Origin: an uncultured Chloroflexia bacterium
GTDB lineage: Bacteria; Chloroflexota; Limnocylindria; Limnocylindrales; CSP1-4
Length of the DNA stretch: 64,000 bases
Direction of reading: 5' to 3'
Assembly: GCA_963816675.1 (NCBI GenBank)
Contig: CAWFLS010000017.1
Location: forward strand, 5,831-69,830
Below are positions 9,102 through 17,819 of this stretch, piece by piece. Both the position numbers and the translations under genes were made by a program. Numbering within the stretch: position 1 is the stretch's first letter; each line of letters begins with the position of its first letter. Below the pieces are notes generated by a model. That model was not told the origin of the DNA and did not search any database. It worked only from the letters and a program-made list of their open reading frames with translations.

Positions 9102-9181
9102 CGCCGCATCGCGGCCGGAGGCAGTGCCGTCGGCACCGTGGAAGGATTGCGAGTACGTAACTGGCGAAAGGCTCGACTCTG

Positions 9182-9574
9182 ATGCAGATGAAGCTGGAAA
9201 TGATCCCGATCCCGGTCTCGGACGTGGAGCGAGCCATCGCGTTCTATGCCGACAAGCTCGGCTTCACGAAGGACGTTGATGTGCAGCCCAGCGAGGGTGT
9301 CCGGGTCGTCCAGGTGACACCGGAGGGCTCGCACTGCTCGCTCGGTTTCGGGACTGGGCTGGATGTGTACAAGGGAGACCCGGGCAGTATCAGAGGCCTG
9401 CACCTCGTGGTGGAGGACATCGACGAGGCGCGTGCTGCGCTCCTCGGACGAGGGGTGCAGGTCAGCGAGATCCATGACTTCGGAGGCGGCGTCCGGGGAG
9501 CCGACTTCTCCGATCCTGACGGCAACACCTTCGAGCTGCAGGAGATGGCGTGGCGCAAGGGCGCGGAGTACTAG
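9182..9574 (+). CDS. VOC/glyoxalase family protein
   Basis: MKLEMIPIPVSDVERAIAFYADKLGF..HLVVEDIDEARAALLGRGV..FSDPDGNTFELQE. Confidence 0.8.
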   Translation: MQMKLEMIPIPVSDVERAIAFYADKLGFTKDVDVQPSEGVRVVQVTPEGSHCSLGFGTGLDVYKGDPGSIRGLHLVVEDIDEARAALLGRGVQVSEIHDFGGGVRGADFSDPDGNTFELQEMAWRKGAEY

Positions 9575-9581
9575 GAGCCCG

Positions 9582-9878
9582 GTGATCGTCGAGCATGCGC
9601 TTCTGCCCGTGAAGCCCGGAGCAGAAGACGACTTCGTTGAGGCATTCGAGACGGCCAAGGGGATCATCGCTTCGATGCGTGGGTTCCGTCGTCTGACCCT
9701 TTCCCGCTGCATCGAACGACCCAGCACCTTCCTGCTGCTCGTGGAGTGGGAGACGCTCGAGGACCACACCGAGGGCTTCCGCGGCTCTGACGAGTACTCG
9801 GAGTGGCGACGGCTCCTTCACGACTTCTACGACCCGTTCCCGACTGTCGAGCACTTCGAGCCCGTGCTGGAGGCATGA
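9582..9878 (+). CDS. antibiotic-biosynthesis-monooxygenase (ABM) domain protein
   Basis: GTG 9582 follows AGGAG (9573-9577). Sequence is VIVEHALLPVKPGAEDDFVEAFETAKGIIASMRGFRRLTLSRCIERPSTFLLLVEWETLEDHTEGFRGS. The track ORF 9363..9878 overlaps the previous gene. Confidence 0.75.
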   Translation: MIVEHALLPVKPGAEDDFVEAFETAKGIIASMRGFRRLTLSRCIERPSTFLLLVEWETLEDHTEGFRGSDEYSEWRRLLHDFYDPFPTVEHFEPVLEA

Positions 9879-9885
9879 GCGCACT

Positions 9886-9994
9886 CCCGGTGGTTGAGGA
9901 GCGAGCGAAGCGAGCGTCTCGAAACCACTGAACCCAACGGTCGGCCTCAACCACGGTGGTCGAGCAGCGAGCGCAGCGAGCGTCTCGAAACCAC
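9886..9994 (+). repeat. two REP-like units (left arm of an inverted-repeat pair)
   Basis: 9886-9928 is cccggtggttgaggagcgagcgaagcgagcgtctcgaaaccac. 9952-9994 is the same with 4 mismatches. Both are followed by tgaacc. Exact reverse complements lie at 11530-11572 and 11621-11663. Confidence 0.85.
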
Positions 9995-10082
9995 TGAACC
10001 GGGGTGAAGAAGATCGAGAATTCCCTTCCACAGCAGGGGAAACTCGACAGTTTCTGTCGGTGCTCGATGCTTGAATTCACTC

Positions 10083-11414
10083 ATGACAGCAACCACCAAC
10101 ACCGACCGCGGAGACCTCGACTCCGCGCGTGAGGTGCTGGTGTTCGCCCGCGAAAGCCAGGCCGCAGCCAACCGGGCACAGGCCGACCTGATGACGCGGC
10201 GGTGACCTGGGCCGAGCAGCACCCACCGGAGTCCATCGACGAGGCAGCCACCTGGATCACCCCCGGCGGAGACACCGGCCTCACGCTGGCCGGCGAAGGT
10301 GCACCGTTGGTCGCGGAGTTCTGCATCGCGGAGTTCGCCCTGGCGATCGGTCGCTCCACCGACGGCGGCCGGGCACTGGTCGCGGCAGCGGTCGAGCTGA
10401 AGTACCGGCTCCCGCGGGTCTGGGCCCGGATCGCAGTCCGGTGACCTGGAGGCGTGGCGGGCACGCCGCATCGCCGAGGCCACCTTCAGCTCGTCCCAGG
10501 AGGCGGCCGCGTTCGTGGACGCCCAGGTGGCACCGTTCGCGCACCGCATCGGGATGGCCGCGCTGGAGCGGCTGATCGATGAGGCGATCGCCCGGTTCAT
10601 GCCCGAGAAGGCCGCCGAGGACGCCGAGAAGTCGGCTGACAGTCGGCACTTCACCATCGACCACCAGCAGGTCTCCTTCGGCGGCACCAGCCAGATCACC
10701 GGCGAGCTCGACCTCGCCGACGCCCTCGACCTCGACACCGCCGTCGCGAAGGGCGCGCAAGAGCTGCTCGGCACTCGGGTCGACGGACTCCCTGGACGTA
10801 CGCCGCTCCATCGCCGCGGGCCAGCTCGCCCGCAACCAGCTCGCCCTCGACCTGGCCACCGAAACGACGCGGAGTCGGCGACCACTGCGACCGGCCGCCG
10901 ACCGAAGCCGCGTCAGGTGGTGCTGCACGTGCACCTCTCCGACACCGCGATCACCGGAACAGCGGGTGCCTGGAGCTGGCACGGGTGGAGAACCAGCGAC
11001 GCATCGTCACCGCCGACCAGATCCGCACCTGGTGCGCCAACCCCGACACCGAGGTCATCGTGAAGCCGGTGATCGACCTCAACGAACACATCCACGTCGA
11101 GGGCTACGAAGTCCCCGACCGGCTCCGCGAACAAGTCACGCCTGCGCGACCACACCTGCGTGTTCCCCTGGTGCACCCGATCAGCCCGGAAGACCGATGC
11201 CGACCACGTCATCCCCTACGCCGAGGGCGGCACCACCTCGAGCGACAACATCGCACCACTGTGCCGACGACATCATCGACTGAAAACCCATACGTCCTGG
11301 ACCTACACGATGCTCGAACCCGGATCGTTCCTCTGGTCGAGCCCGCACGGCTACCAGTTCCTGCGAGACCACCACGGCACCCTCGACGTCAGCCGCGACC
11401 GACCTCGGCCCTGA
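10083..11414 (+). pseudogene. DUF222/HNH endonuclease (mycobacterial REP13E12-like family), fragmented over >=4 frames
   Basis: MTATTNTDRGDLDSAREVLVFARESQAAANRAQADLM.. | ..WAEQHPPESIDEAATW..AEFCIAEFALAIGRSTDGGRALVAAAVELKYRLPRVWARI | ..FVDAQVAPFAHRIGMAALERLIDEAIARFMPEKAAEDAEKSADSRHFTIDHQ.. | ..IVTADQIRTWCANPDTEVIVKPVIDLNEHIHVEGYEVPDRLREQV | HNH core CVFPWCTRSARKTDADHVIPYAEGGTTSSDNIAPLCRRHHRLKTH. Confidence 0.8.
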
Positions 11415-11479
11415 GGCACCTCACCGCAACTGGTCTCGTCTGATCGCTCGCTTCGGGTCTCGTCTGTCCACTCGCTGCG

Positions 11480-11710
11480 CACCGCTCGCTCGCTCGACCA
11501 CCAGTGGTGACGGCCGCGGGTACACAGACGTGGTTTCGAGACGCTCGCTTCGCTCGCTCCTCAACCACCGGGAGCCTGCTGGCTGCTCGACCACCGGTGG
11601 TGGCGGTCGCGAGGTCAGATGTGGTTTCGAGACGCTCGCTTCGCTCGCTCCTCAACCACCGGGAGTCCGCTCGCCGCTCGACCACCTGTGGTCGCGGTCG
11701 CGCGGACAGA
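11480..11710 (-). repeat. ~91-nt tandem unit x ~2.5 carrying the right-arm REP-like copies
   Basis: gtggtttcgagacgctcgcttcgctcgctcctcaaccaccggg occurs at 11530-11572 and again at 11621-11663, both identical and 91 nt apart. Each is preceded by ctcgaccacc(a/g/t)gtggt..cgg. These are the exact reverse complement of 9886-9928. Confidence 0.85.
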
Positions 11711-11715
11711 CATGG

Positions 11716-12090
11716 TCAGCGGTAGCGGAAGCCGTCCATGAACCGGCGGAAGAGTCCACCCTTGATCGGCAGCGCTGGTGCCGCCGGCGGCGCGGTCGTA
11801 CGCCGGGTGGCGATCGGCTGGTCGTAGTCGGTGCGCAGGATCGCGTCGATGATCTGCTCCTCGGTGAAGCTGTCCGAGCCCTCGATCTCGGGCACGAAAC
11901 CCACCAGCATCCCGTTGCGCATCACCTGGGCCTCGAGCGAGGCGGTGCCGTCGGAGTCCCAGACTGCCTCCCGGCCGTCAGGCAGCCGAATCGTCACTCC
12001 GATCTGGTTGACCCCCACCCTCGCCAGGTCGGCATCCGTTCCGCGCTCGCGCAGGGCATCGACGACGCGGCGGGCCTTGTTCTCTTCCAT
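11716..12090 (-). CDS. hypothetical protein
   Basis: Intact 124-aa ORF with plausible composition (MEENKARRVVDALRERGTDADLARVGVNQIGVTIRLPDGREAVWDSDG..). No motif recognised. Confidence 0.55.
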   Translation of the reverse strand: MEENKARRVVDALRERGTDADLARVGVNQIGVTIRLPDGREAVWDSDGTASLEAQVMRNGMLVGFVPEIEGSDSFTEEQIIDAILRTDYDQPIATRRTTAPPAAPALPIKGGLFRRFMDGFRYR

Positions 12091-12424
12091 CTGGTCGAGC
12101 GTACCCAGCCATCGACTGGTGGAGGTGCTGCGCGCCGTACCTCAGAACCGCAGGAGACCGGACAAATGCGGACTGAATGACAGGATTGCGGGATCGTAAT
12201 CGCGCTGCATAGGATGCACACGAACTCGCCTCTCCAGACCCCGGAGGCCCGGGCCACTTCTACAGACCGTGGCACCGTCCACATGCGTCGGAGGTAGTTG
12301 TCGTGATCCGCCAGAACTGCTTGGCGTCGATTCCGCTTGGTGCCGCTCGAGTGCGCCGTTCACAGGCGATGTGTCGATCCCGCCGAGACTCCGCACCCTC
12401 ACCTTGGGTCCGGTAGCACGGGGG

Positions 12425-12461
12425 GTGCAGGGACACCGCTCACGCAGCGGTGTCCCTGCAC
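12425..12461. other. perfect 16-bp stem / 5-nt loop hairpin in a long intergenic region
   Basis: gtgcagggacaccgct cacgc agcggtgtccctgcac, an exact inverted repeat. Confidence 0.7.
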
Positions 12462-12538
12462 GGGCCCCCACCTTCGCGTTGGCCGCGTCTCGAACAGGAC
12501 GACCCGAACCAGTACCACCTCGACAGAAGGACACCTGC

Positions 12539-12757
12539 ATGTGGCTAGTCGCCCGCACCTTGCGCTATCTGGCAAGCCGGTACCTCGGCGAGCCGAACCG
12601 GTCCAACCAGCACACCTCCCGCGCCAACGCAGCTGAGGCCCACGCCATCATGCGACAGCGACGGCAGGAGCAGGACGACGTCGACGCCTACCTCCGCGCG
12701 CAGCTGGAGGCAGACCGCGACGCTGATGAGAGCGAGATTGTCAGAGCCCCCAGATAA
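12539..12757 (+). CDS. small hypothetical protein (72 aa)
   Basis: ATG 12539 lies ~8 nt after GAAGGA. Sequence is MWLVARTLRYLASRYLGEPNRSNQHTSRANAAEAHAIMRQRRQEQDDVDAYLRAQLEADRDADESEIVRAPR. The upstream part of track ORF 12269..12757 looks non-coding. Confidence 0.35.
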   Translation: MWLVARTLRYLASRYLGEPNRSNQHTSRANAAEAHAIMRQRRQEQDDVDAYLRAQLEADRDADESEIVRAPR

Positions 12758-12766
12758 CTTGGGCGA

Positions 12767-13330
12767 ATGGCTGAGATCTTGCTTTTCCATCACGCAGGCG
12801 GGTTGACCGAAGGGGTGCTCACGTTCGCGCAGACGCTGCGGGATGCGGGACACACGGTGCACACTCCCGATCTGTTCGGCGGCCGCACGTTCGACGACGT
12901 GCATGACGGTGTTGCGTACGCCGGCTCGGTGGGCGAGGAGTCCTTCGCCGTGAAGGCAGCCGAGATCGTCTCCTCCCTGCCGAACGAGCTGGTCTACGGG
13001 GGCATGTCGATGGGCGCAGCCCGGGCGGCCGAGCAGGTGCTAGCCCGACCCGGGGCGAAGGGCGCGTTCTTCCTGTACGGCGCGATCGCGCCCTCCTGGT
13101 GGCAGGCCACGTGGCCCGCCGGGGTGCCGTCGCAGGCCCACGTGACCGAGGACGACGAGTGGCGCGAGCCGGACGCCGAGAAGGAGTACCTCGCCCAGGT
13201 GCCGGGTGCGGAGCTCTTCATCTATCCGGGGTCGGGGCACCTGTTCGCTGAGCCAGGTCATCCGGACTACGACGAAGAGGCTGCAGGTCTGGCGACCAGC
13301 CGGGTGCTCGCGTTCCTCGCGGGGCTGTGA
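12767..13330 (+). CDS. dienelactone hydrolase family protein
   Basis: MAEILLFHHAGGLTEGVLTFAQTLRDAGHTVHTPDLFGGRTF..YGGMSMGAA..YPGSGHLFAEPGHPDYDEEAA. Confidence 0.7.
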   Translation: MAEILLFHHAGGLTEGVLTFAQTLRDAGHTVHTPDLFGGRTFDDVHDGVAYAGSVGEESFAVKAAEIVSSLPNELVYGGMSMGAARAAEQVLARPGAKGAFFLYGAIAPSWWQATWPAGVPSQAHVTEDDEWREPDAEKEYLAQVPGAELFIYPGSGHLFAEPGHPDYDEEAAGLATSRVLAFLAGL

Positions 13331-13502
13331 ACGACGCGGACACGCGCCGAGCGCACCGATAGCGACCCATTCGTCGCAATGCTGCGACAGCTGGTCCAGA
13401 TAGGTGCACCTGCCTGCCAACGCCATCCTGTACAGGCGATTCGCAGCGGTTCTAGCCTTGCCGCAGAGGGCTCACTCGGGGCCTCGGAATCGGGGCGGGC
13501 CG

Positions 13503-15209
13503 ATGAGAGTCTACGAAGCAATCGTCAAGGGACTCGAGAGCGTCGGGGTCGAAGCAGCTTTCGGCGGCGCGGGAGAGAACGCCGCTGGGCTGATGCTGGC
13601 GCTGAAGGACTCGGAGACCATCCGGCCGATCATCACCCGGCACGAGCAGGCCGCCTCCTTCATGGCCTGCGGCTACGCGATGTACACCGACAAGCTCGGG
13701 TTCTGCTTCGCCACCGCAGGACCGGGGGCGTTCAACCTGTTCTCGGGTCTGGCAGTCGCGATGTCCGACTCCTACCCGATGCTCGCCGTCTCCGGCTATG
13801 CGCCGATGGAGTGGAAGGGCCGTGGGTCACTCAACGAGACCTCGGGCTGGAACCGCACCCCGAACTCGCTGGACATGTTCGCCGCGACGACGAAGGGTTC
13901 GTTCCTGGTCAGCCGCATCGAGGACACCTGCGACATCCTCGAGGAAGCCGTGAACCTCGCCTTCGAGGGTCGGCCAGGCCCGGTGCACATCACGGTGCCC
14001 GAGAACCTCACCCATCGTGGGGAGGAGGTGGAGAACTACCACGACGTCCGCCTCGAGGTGGCCCCCGTCGTCGCCGATCCCCACCAGGTCGAAGGAGCCG
14101 CGGAAGCGCTCGCCGATGCCATCCAGCGCGGCCAGAAGGTCGTCATCCTGGTGGGCTTCGGCGCGATCCGCAGCCACGCGGAGACCGAGGTCAAGCGGTT
14201 CATCGAGCGCTTCCAGATCCCGCTGCTGACCACCCTGGACGGGAAGGGCATCGTCTCCGAAGGACATCCCCTGTGCGTCGGCGTGTTCTCCGACAGCGGT
14301 CACTCGAGTGCCTGGAAAGCGTTCCGGGAGGCCGACGTCGTACTCGCGGTCGGCAACGCGTTCAACCAGCACGCCACGTTCAACTACCGCGACGACCTCT
14401 TCACCGACAAGACGCTGATCCACGTCAACATCTCCGCCACCGAGATCGACAAGGCCTACAAGGCGGACCACGCGCTCGTCTCGGATGCCCGCTCGGCGAT
14501 GACTGCGCTGTACGACGCCCTGGACCGCCGTGTGGGTGAGGTCGAGGAGGTCACGGTCGACGGGCAGGACTGGGAGAAGCGACGGATCCCGCACTTGACC
14601 GACTCGCTCCACCCCGGCCAGCTCGCACAGGTGATCGGCGAGAAGCTGCCACCCAACGGGGTGCTGCTCGCCGATGCCGGGGCGCACCTGGGCTGGCTCG
14701 GCTACTACGTCGAGCTCGAGGAGGGTCAGCACTTCCGCAAGGCCGGCGAGTTCGGCCCGATGGCCGGACACACCAACGGGGCGCTCGGCGTACAGGTCGC
14801 CCACCCGGACCGGACCGTGGTCGTCGGCTGCGGTGACGGTTGCTACAACCTGTCCGGCTTCGAGCTGATGACCGCGGTCGAGCACAACCTGCCGGTCATC
14901 TGGGTGATCTTCGACGACGCCGAGTTCAAGCTGATCAAGATCTACCAGCTGGCCACCTACCTGGACACCGGCCTGGTCGAGTTCCAGAACCCCGACTACG
15001 CGGCGTACGCCCGAGCGTGCGGCGCCGACGGCTACACGGTTGAGACTCTGGAGGAGTTCGAGTCGGCCTTCGACAGCGCCCTCGCATCGGGACGACCCTC
15101 GCTCATCGACGCCCGCATCACGCGCTGGGCGATCCCCCACTTCAGTGGGTCGCCGGACGGAACCATCGCGGGCGTCGTCGAGATGGTCGAGAAGAGGTTG
15201 CGGTCATGA
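13503..15209 (+). CDS. thiamine-pyrophosphate-dependent enzyme (acetolactate-synthase-large-subunit-like)
   Basis: ATG 13503 begins MRVYEAIVKGLESVGVEAAFGGAGENAAG... The N-terminal pyrimidine domain has ITRHEQAASFMACGYA. The TPP motif is VVGCGDGCYNLSGFELMTAVEHNLPVIWVIFDD. 568 aa, intact. Confidence 0.85.
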   Translation: MRVYEAIVKGLESVGVEAAFGGAGENAAGLMLALKDSETIRPIITRHEQAASFMACGYAMYTDKLGFCFATAGPGAFNLFSGLAVAMSDSYPMLAVSGYAPMEWKGRGSLNETSGWNRTPNSLDMFAATTKGSFLVSRIEDTCDILEEAVNLAFEGRPGPVHITVPENLTHRGEEVENYHDVRLEVAPVVADPHQVEGAAEALADAIQRGQKVVILVGFGAIRSHAETEVKRFIERFQIPLLTTLDGKGIVSEGHPLCVGVFSDSGHSSAWKAFREADVVLAVGNAFNQHATFNYRDDLFTDKTLIHVNISATEIDKAYKADHALVSDARSAMTALYDALDRRVGEVEEVTVDGQDWEKRRIPHLTDSLHPGQLAQVIGEKLPPNGVLLADAGAHLGWLGYYVELEEGQHFRKAGEFGPMAGHTNGALGVQVAHPDRTVVVGCGDGCYNLSGFELMTAVEHNLPVIWVIFDDAEFKLIKIYQLATYLDTGLVEFQNPDYAAYARACGADGYTVETLEEFESAFDSALASGRPSLIDARITRWAIPHFSGSPDGTIAGVVEMVEKRLRS

Positions 15210-15724
15210 GTGACCCGTTCATCGGTGAGATCAGGCTGTTCCCGTACAACTTCGCGCCACGCGGCTGGGCCCTGTGCAGCGGACAGCTCCTGAGCATTTC
15301 CCAGAACACAGCACTGTTCTCACTGATCGGAACGATGTACGGCGGAGACGGTCGCACCACCTTCGCGCTGCCCGACCTGCGAGGCCGGGTGGCCGTCTCC
15401 TCTGGCCAGGGCCCTGGGCTCAGCGCGTACGACGTGGGCGAGGCGGGCGGCCTCGAGTCGGTCAGCCTGGACGAGAGCCAGATGCCAGCGCACAGGCACG
15501 AGATGAGAGTGCACGGCGGCACAAGCAGCTCGGACAAGCCCAGCAACCGGTTCCTCGGACGCGTCTCCGAGGGGACGACGTACGCCGACACGGCCAACGG
15601 CAGGGCGCTGACTCCCGGCGCCATCCGCCGCTCCGGAGGGGGTCAGCCGCACGAGAACAGGCCACCCCACCTCACCCTCAACTACTGCATCGCTCTCGAA
15701 GGCATCTTTCCCGCGCGCGACTGA
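15206..15724 (+). CDS. phage tail collar domain protein (MdpB/microcystin-dependent-protein-like)
   Basis: MSDPFIGEIRLFPYNFAPRGWALCSGQLLSISQNTALFSLIGTMYGGDGRTTFALPDLRGR. The ATG overlaps the TPP-enzyme stop (ATGA at 15206-15209). Confidence 0.85.
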   Translation: MSDPFIGEIRLFPYNFAPRGWALCSGQLLSISQNTALFSLIGTMYGGDGRTTFALPDLRGRVAVSSGQGPGLSAYDVGEAGGLESVSLDESQMPAHRHEMRVHGGTSSSDKPSNRFLGRVSEGTTYADTANGRALTPGAIRRSGGGQPHENRPPHLTLNYCIALEGIFPARD

Positions 15725-15749
15725 GCCACCTCGACAACAACAGGCATCC

Positions 15750-16297
15750 TTACGGAGCCCATGGCGAGAACGCGCGCAGCTCTTCCTGTCCGCTGCTGAC
15801 CACCAGACATGTGGACTCCGGAACTTCCCGCCAGGCTCCGCGCAGGTCTCCCCGAGGCTCGGAGACCACTGCCGTGCTCGGAGAGCTCGTGCAGCATCGG
15901 GTTGTCGGGGTACTGCTCGCGGAGTGTGGAGATGTCGGCGCTGTGGAACAGCGATCGAGCCGTTGTGCATCCACAGCCATCGGCCGTGGCGGAAGGGATG
16001 ACAGTTCGTCTGCTGACCCGCTGAACCCGTGGAGGCACGAATGTGCACGAACACAGGCCCGGCAGTTGCCTGCGCTGAGATCTCCCACAAGTTGCGGTCG
16101 TTCCAGGCAGGCTCGGTTCAGTGGTAGATGCCTGGGCCTTCGTGGCCGGCGTACCAACCCACTCCGAAACCGTCCCCGTTGACGGGTTCGACCCCCAGCC
16201 GTGAGTGCCTGCTCTGGACGACGAGCGAGTTCTCAGGCTTGTAGAGGAGGTCGTGCAGCAGCACGGGCGAGCCTGAATAGGCGAGCCAACGGCACAT
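15750..16297 (-). pseudogene. class II glutamine amidotransferase (YafJ/EgtC-like), internally deleted and frameshifted
   Basis: N-terminal nucleophile MCRWLAYSGSPVLLHDLLYKPENSLVVQS..GDGFGVGWY | ..FVHIRASTGSAGQQTNCHPFRHGRWLWMHNGSI | FHSADISTLREQYPDNPMLHELSEHGS | VVSEPRGDLRGAWREVPESTCLVVSSGQEELRAFSPWAP*. Four frames. The total span of ~182 codons is shorter than I would expect for this family, and the central segment is absent. Confidence 0.75.
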
Positions 16298-16298
16298 C

Positions 16299-17819
16299 TC
16301 AGCTTCCCTCTCCGTCGCCATGCCCAGAGCCGGCTCGGGTGGCGGTCGCAGAGGTGGGCAGCGTGTGCGAGACGGCGGCGGCCGAGGCGGCAGCATCGTT
16401 CAGGGTGCCCGTCGCGGTGCGGTACCGGCGGCCCATGACGAAGGCCATCAGGACGCCCAGGAAGCTGAAGACCGCCATCATCCATGCGGCCGCGGCCAGG
16501 CCGGAGGCCAGGGCTCCCGCCTGTGACGCGCCGTCGGCGGACTGGTTGGCTACCACCGAGCCGTAGACGGTGGCGGCAAGGGCAGTGGCCACGGCCGCGC
16601 CGACGTACCGGGCCATGTTGGAGACCCCGGAAGCCCCGCCCACCTGGTTCTCCGGTACGGCGGCCGTCGCGGCCGAGGATGCAGGGCCGTTGGACATACC
16701 CATACCGACCGCGATGGCCACGAGCGGCAGCAGGAACGCTGAGTACTTCCACCCGGAGTCGACGAACCCGACTATGACGAAGCCGGCGGTGGTGAGGGCG
16801 AACCCCACGCCGATCGTCTGGCGACCGCCGAATCTGGCCGCCAGTCGCGGCACCAGCGGGGCAACCAGCACCAGCCCGACCGTAGCTGGCAGGGTGGCCA
16901 ACCCCGCCTCGAGCGGGCTGAAGCCCAAGGTGGCTGGATCCTGGAAGTACAGGCTGAGCAGATACATCAACGCGTTGATCGTGCCCGCACCGATCAGGAT
17001 CGCGACGGTCGACCCGACCAGCACACGGTTCCGCAGCAACGCGAGATCCAGCAGAGGTACGGCGACTCGGCCCTCCACTGCGATGAACGCGTACCCGGCG
17101 GCGACCGAAAGCGCGAAGCACCCGAGGGTTCCCGCTGAGATCCACCCCCAGTCGCTGCTCTTGGTGACCCCGAGGATGAGGGGTGTCAGGGTCAGCGCGA
17201 TGAGTGCCGTGCCCGCGTAGTCGATCGACCTCGGTCGATCCAGGTCCCTCGACTCGCTCACCATTGCCGCGGTCAGCAGCATGCAGAGCACCGCAACGCC
17301 CGCGTCGATCCAGAACAGGCCCTGCCACCCGGTCGCGTCGACGAGCACACCGCCCAGCAACGGGCCTGCGGCAGCCCCCACAGCGGCGGCGGCTCCCCAC
17401 AGGGATACCGCCCGCAGTTGCGCGTTGCCCTTGTTGGCGACCGACAGCAGGCTCAGGCCGCACGCCAGGATGGTCGCCCCCGCTGCACCCTGGATGAGGC
17501 GGCCGACGATCACCATGCCGCCGGACTCCGCAAGCGCGATCAGGACGCAGGACACGGTGAACAGCAGCAGGCCGAGCTGGAAGATTCGCTTGCGGCCGAA
17601 GACGTCGCCCAGCGAACCGGACGTCACGATCGTCGCGGCGCCAACGAGTGAGTAGCCGGTGACCGCCCACTGCAGGGTGGTGACCGAGGTGCCGGTGTCC
17701 TCGGAGATGGCGGGAAGGAGGATGCTGACGGCGGACGTGTTGGCATTCACGACGAGCGTCGAGATGCAGGTCGCCGCGAGCACGCCGCTGGCTTTGGTAG
17801 CCGTGTGCGTATCGCTCAT
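16299..17819 (-). CDS. MFS transporter, DHA2 (EmrB/QacA-like, 14-TM) drug:proton antiporter type
   Basis: ATG 17819 is preceded by AAGGAGG. Sequence is MSDTHTATKASGVLAATCISTLVVNANTSAVSILLPAIS..GSLGDVFGRKRIF.. with ~14 hydrophobic segments. The stop is 1 nt from the amidotransferase ATG. Confidence 0.85.
   Translation of the reverse strand: MSDTHTATKASGVLAATCISTLVVNANTSAVSILLPAISEDTGTSVTTLQWAVTGYSLVGAATIVTSGSLGDVFGRKRIFQLGLLLFTVSCVLIALAESGGMVIVGRLIQGAAGATILACGLSLLSVANKGNAQLRAVSLWGAAAAVGAAAGPLLGGVLVDATGWQGLFWIDAGVAVLCMLLTAAMVSESRDLDRPRSIDYAGTALIALTLTPLILGVTKSSDWGWISAGTLGCFALSVAAGYAFIAVEGRVAVPLLDLALLRNRVLVGSTVAILIGAGTINALMYLLSLYFQDPATLGFSPLEAGLATLPATVGLVLVAPLVPRLAARFGGRQTIGVGFALTTAGFVIVGFVDSGWKYSAFLLPLVAIAVGMGMSNGPASSAATAAVPENQVGGASGVSNMARYVGAAVATALAATVYGSVVANQSADGASQAGALASGLAAAAWMMAVFSFLGVLMAFVMGRRYRTATGTLNDAAASAAAVSHTLPTSATATRAGSGHGDGEGS

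Noticed and set aside
11480-11710. Regularly spaced identical 43-nt repeats that might be a mini CRISPR array
   Set aside because: There are only two exact copies, with a 91-nt period. The 'spacers' are themselves repeated (ctcgaccaccNgtggt..cgg). Inverted copies sit 1.6 kb away and no cas genes are present. It behaves like a REP/MITE-type element.
15682-17670. 662-aa ORF on the - strand, the longest ORF in this area
   Set aside because: It is Arg/Pro/Gly-rich with no motifs. It lies out of frame over the real DHA2 transporter (16299..17819, good SD, 14 TM) and the amidotransferase remnant. This is a typical high-GC shadow ORF, and only a ~30-codon stretch of it belongs to the amidotransferase pseudogene.
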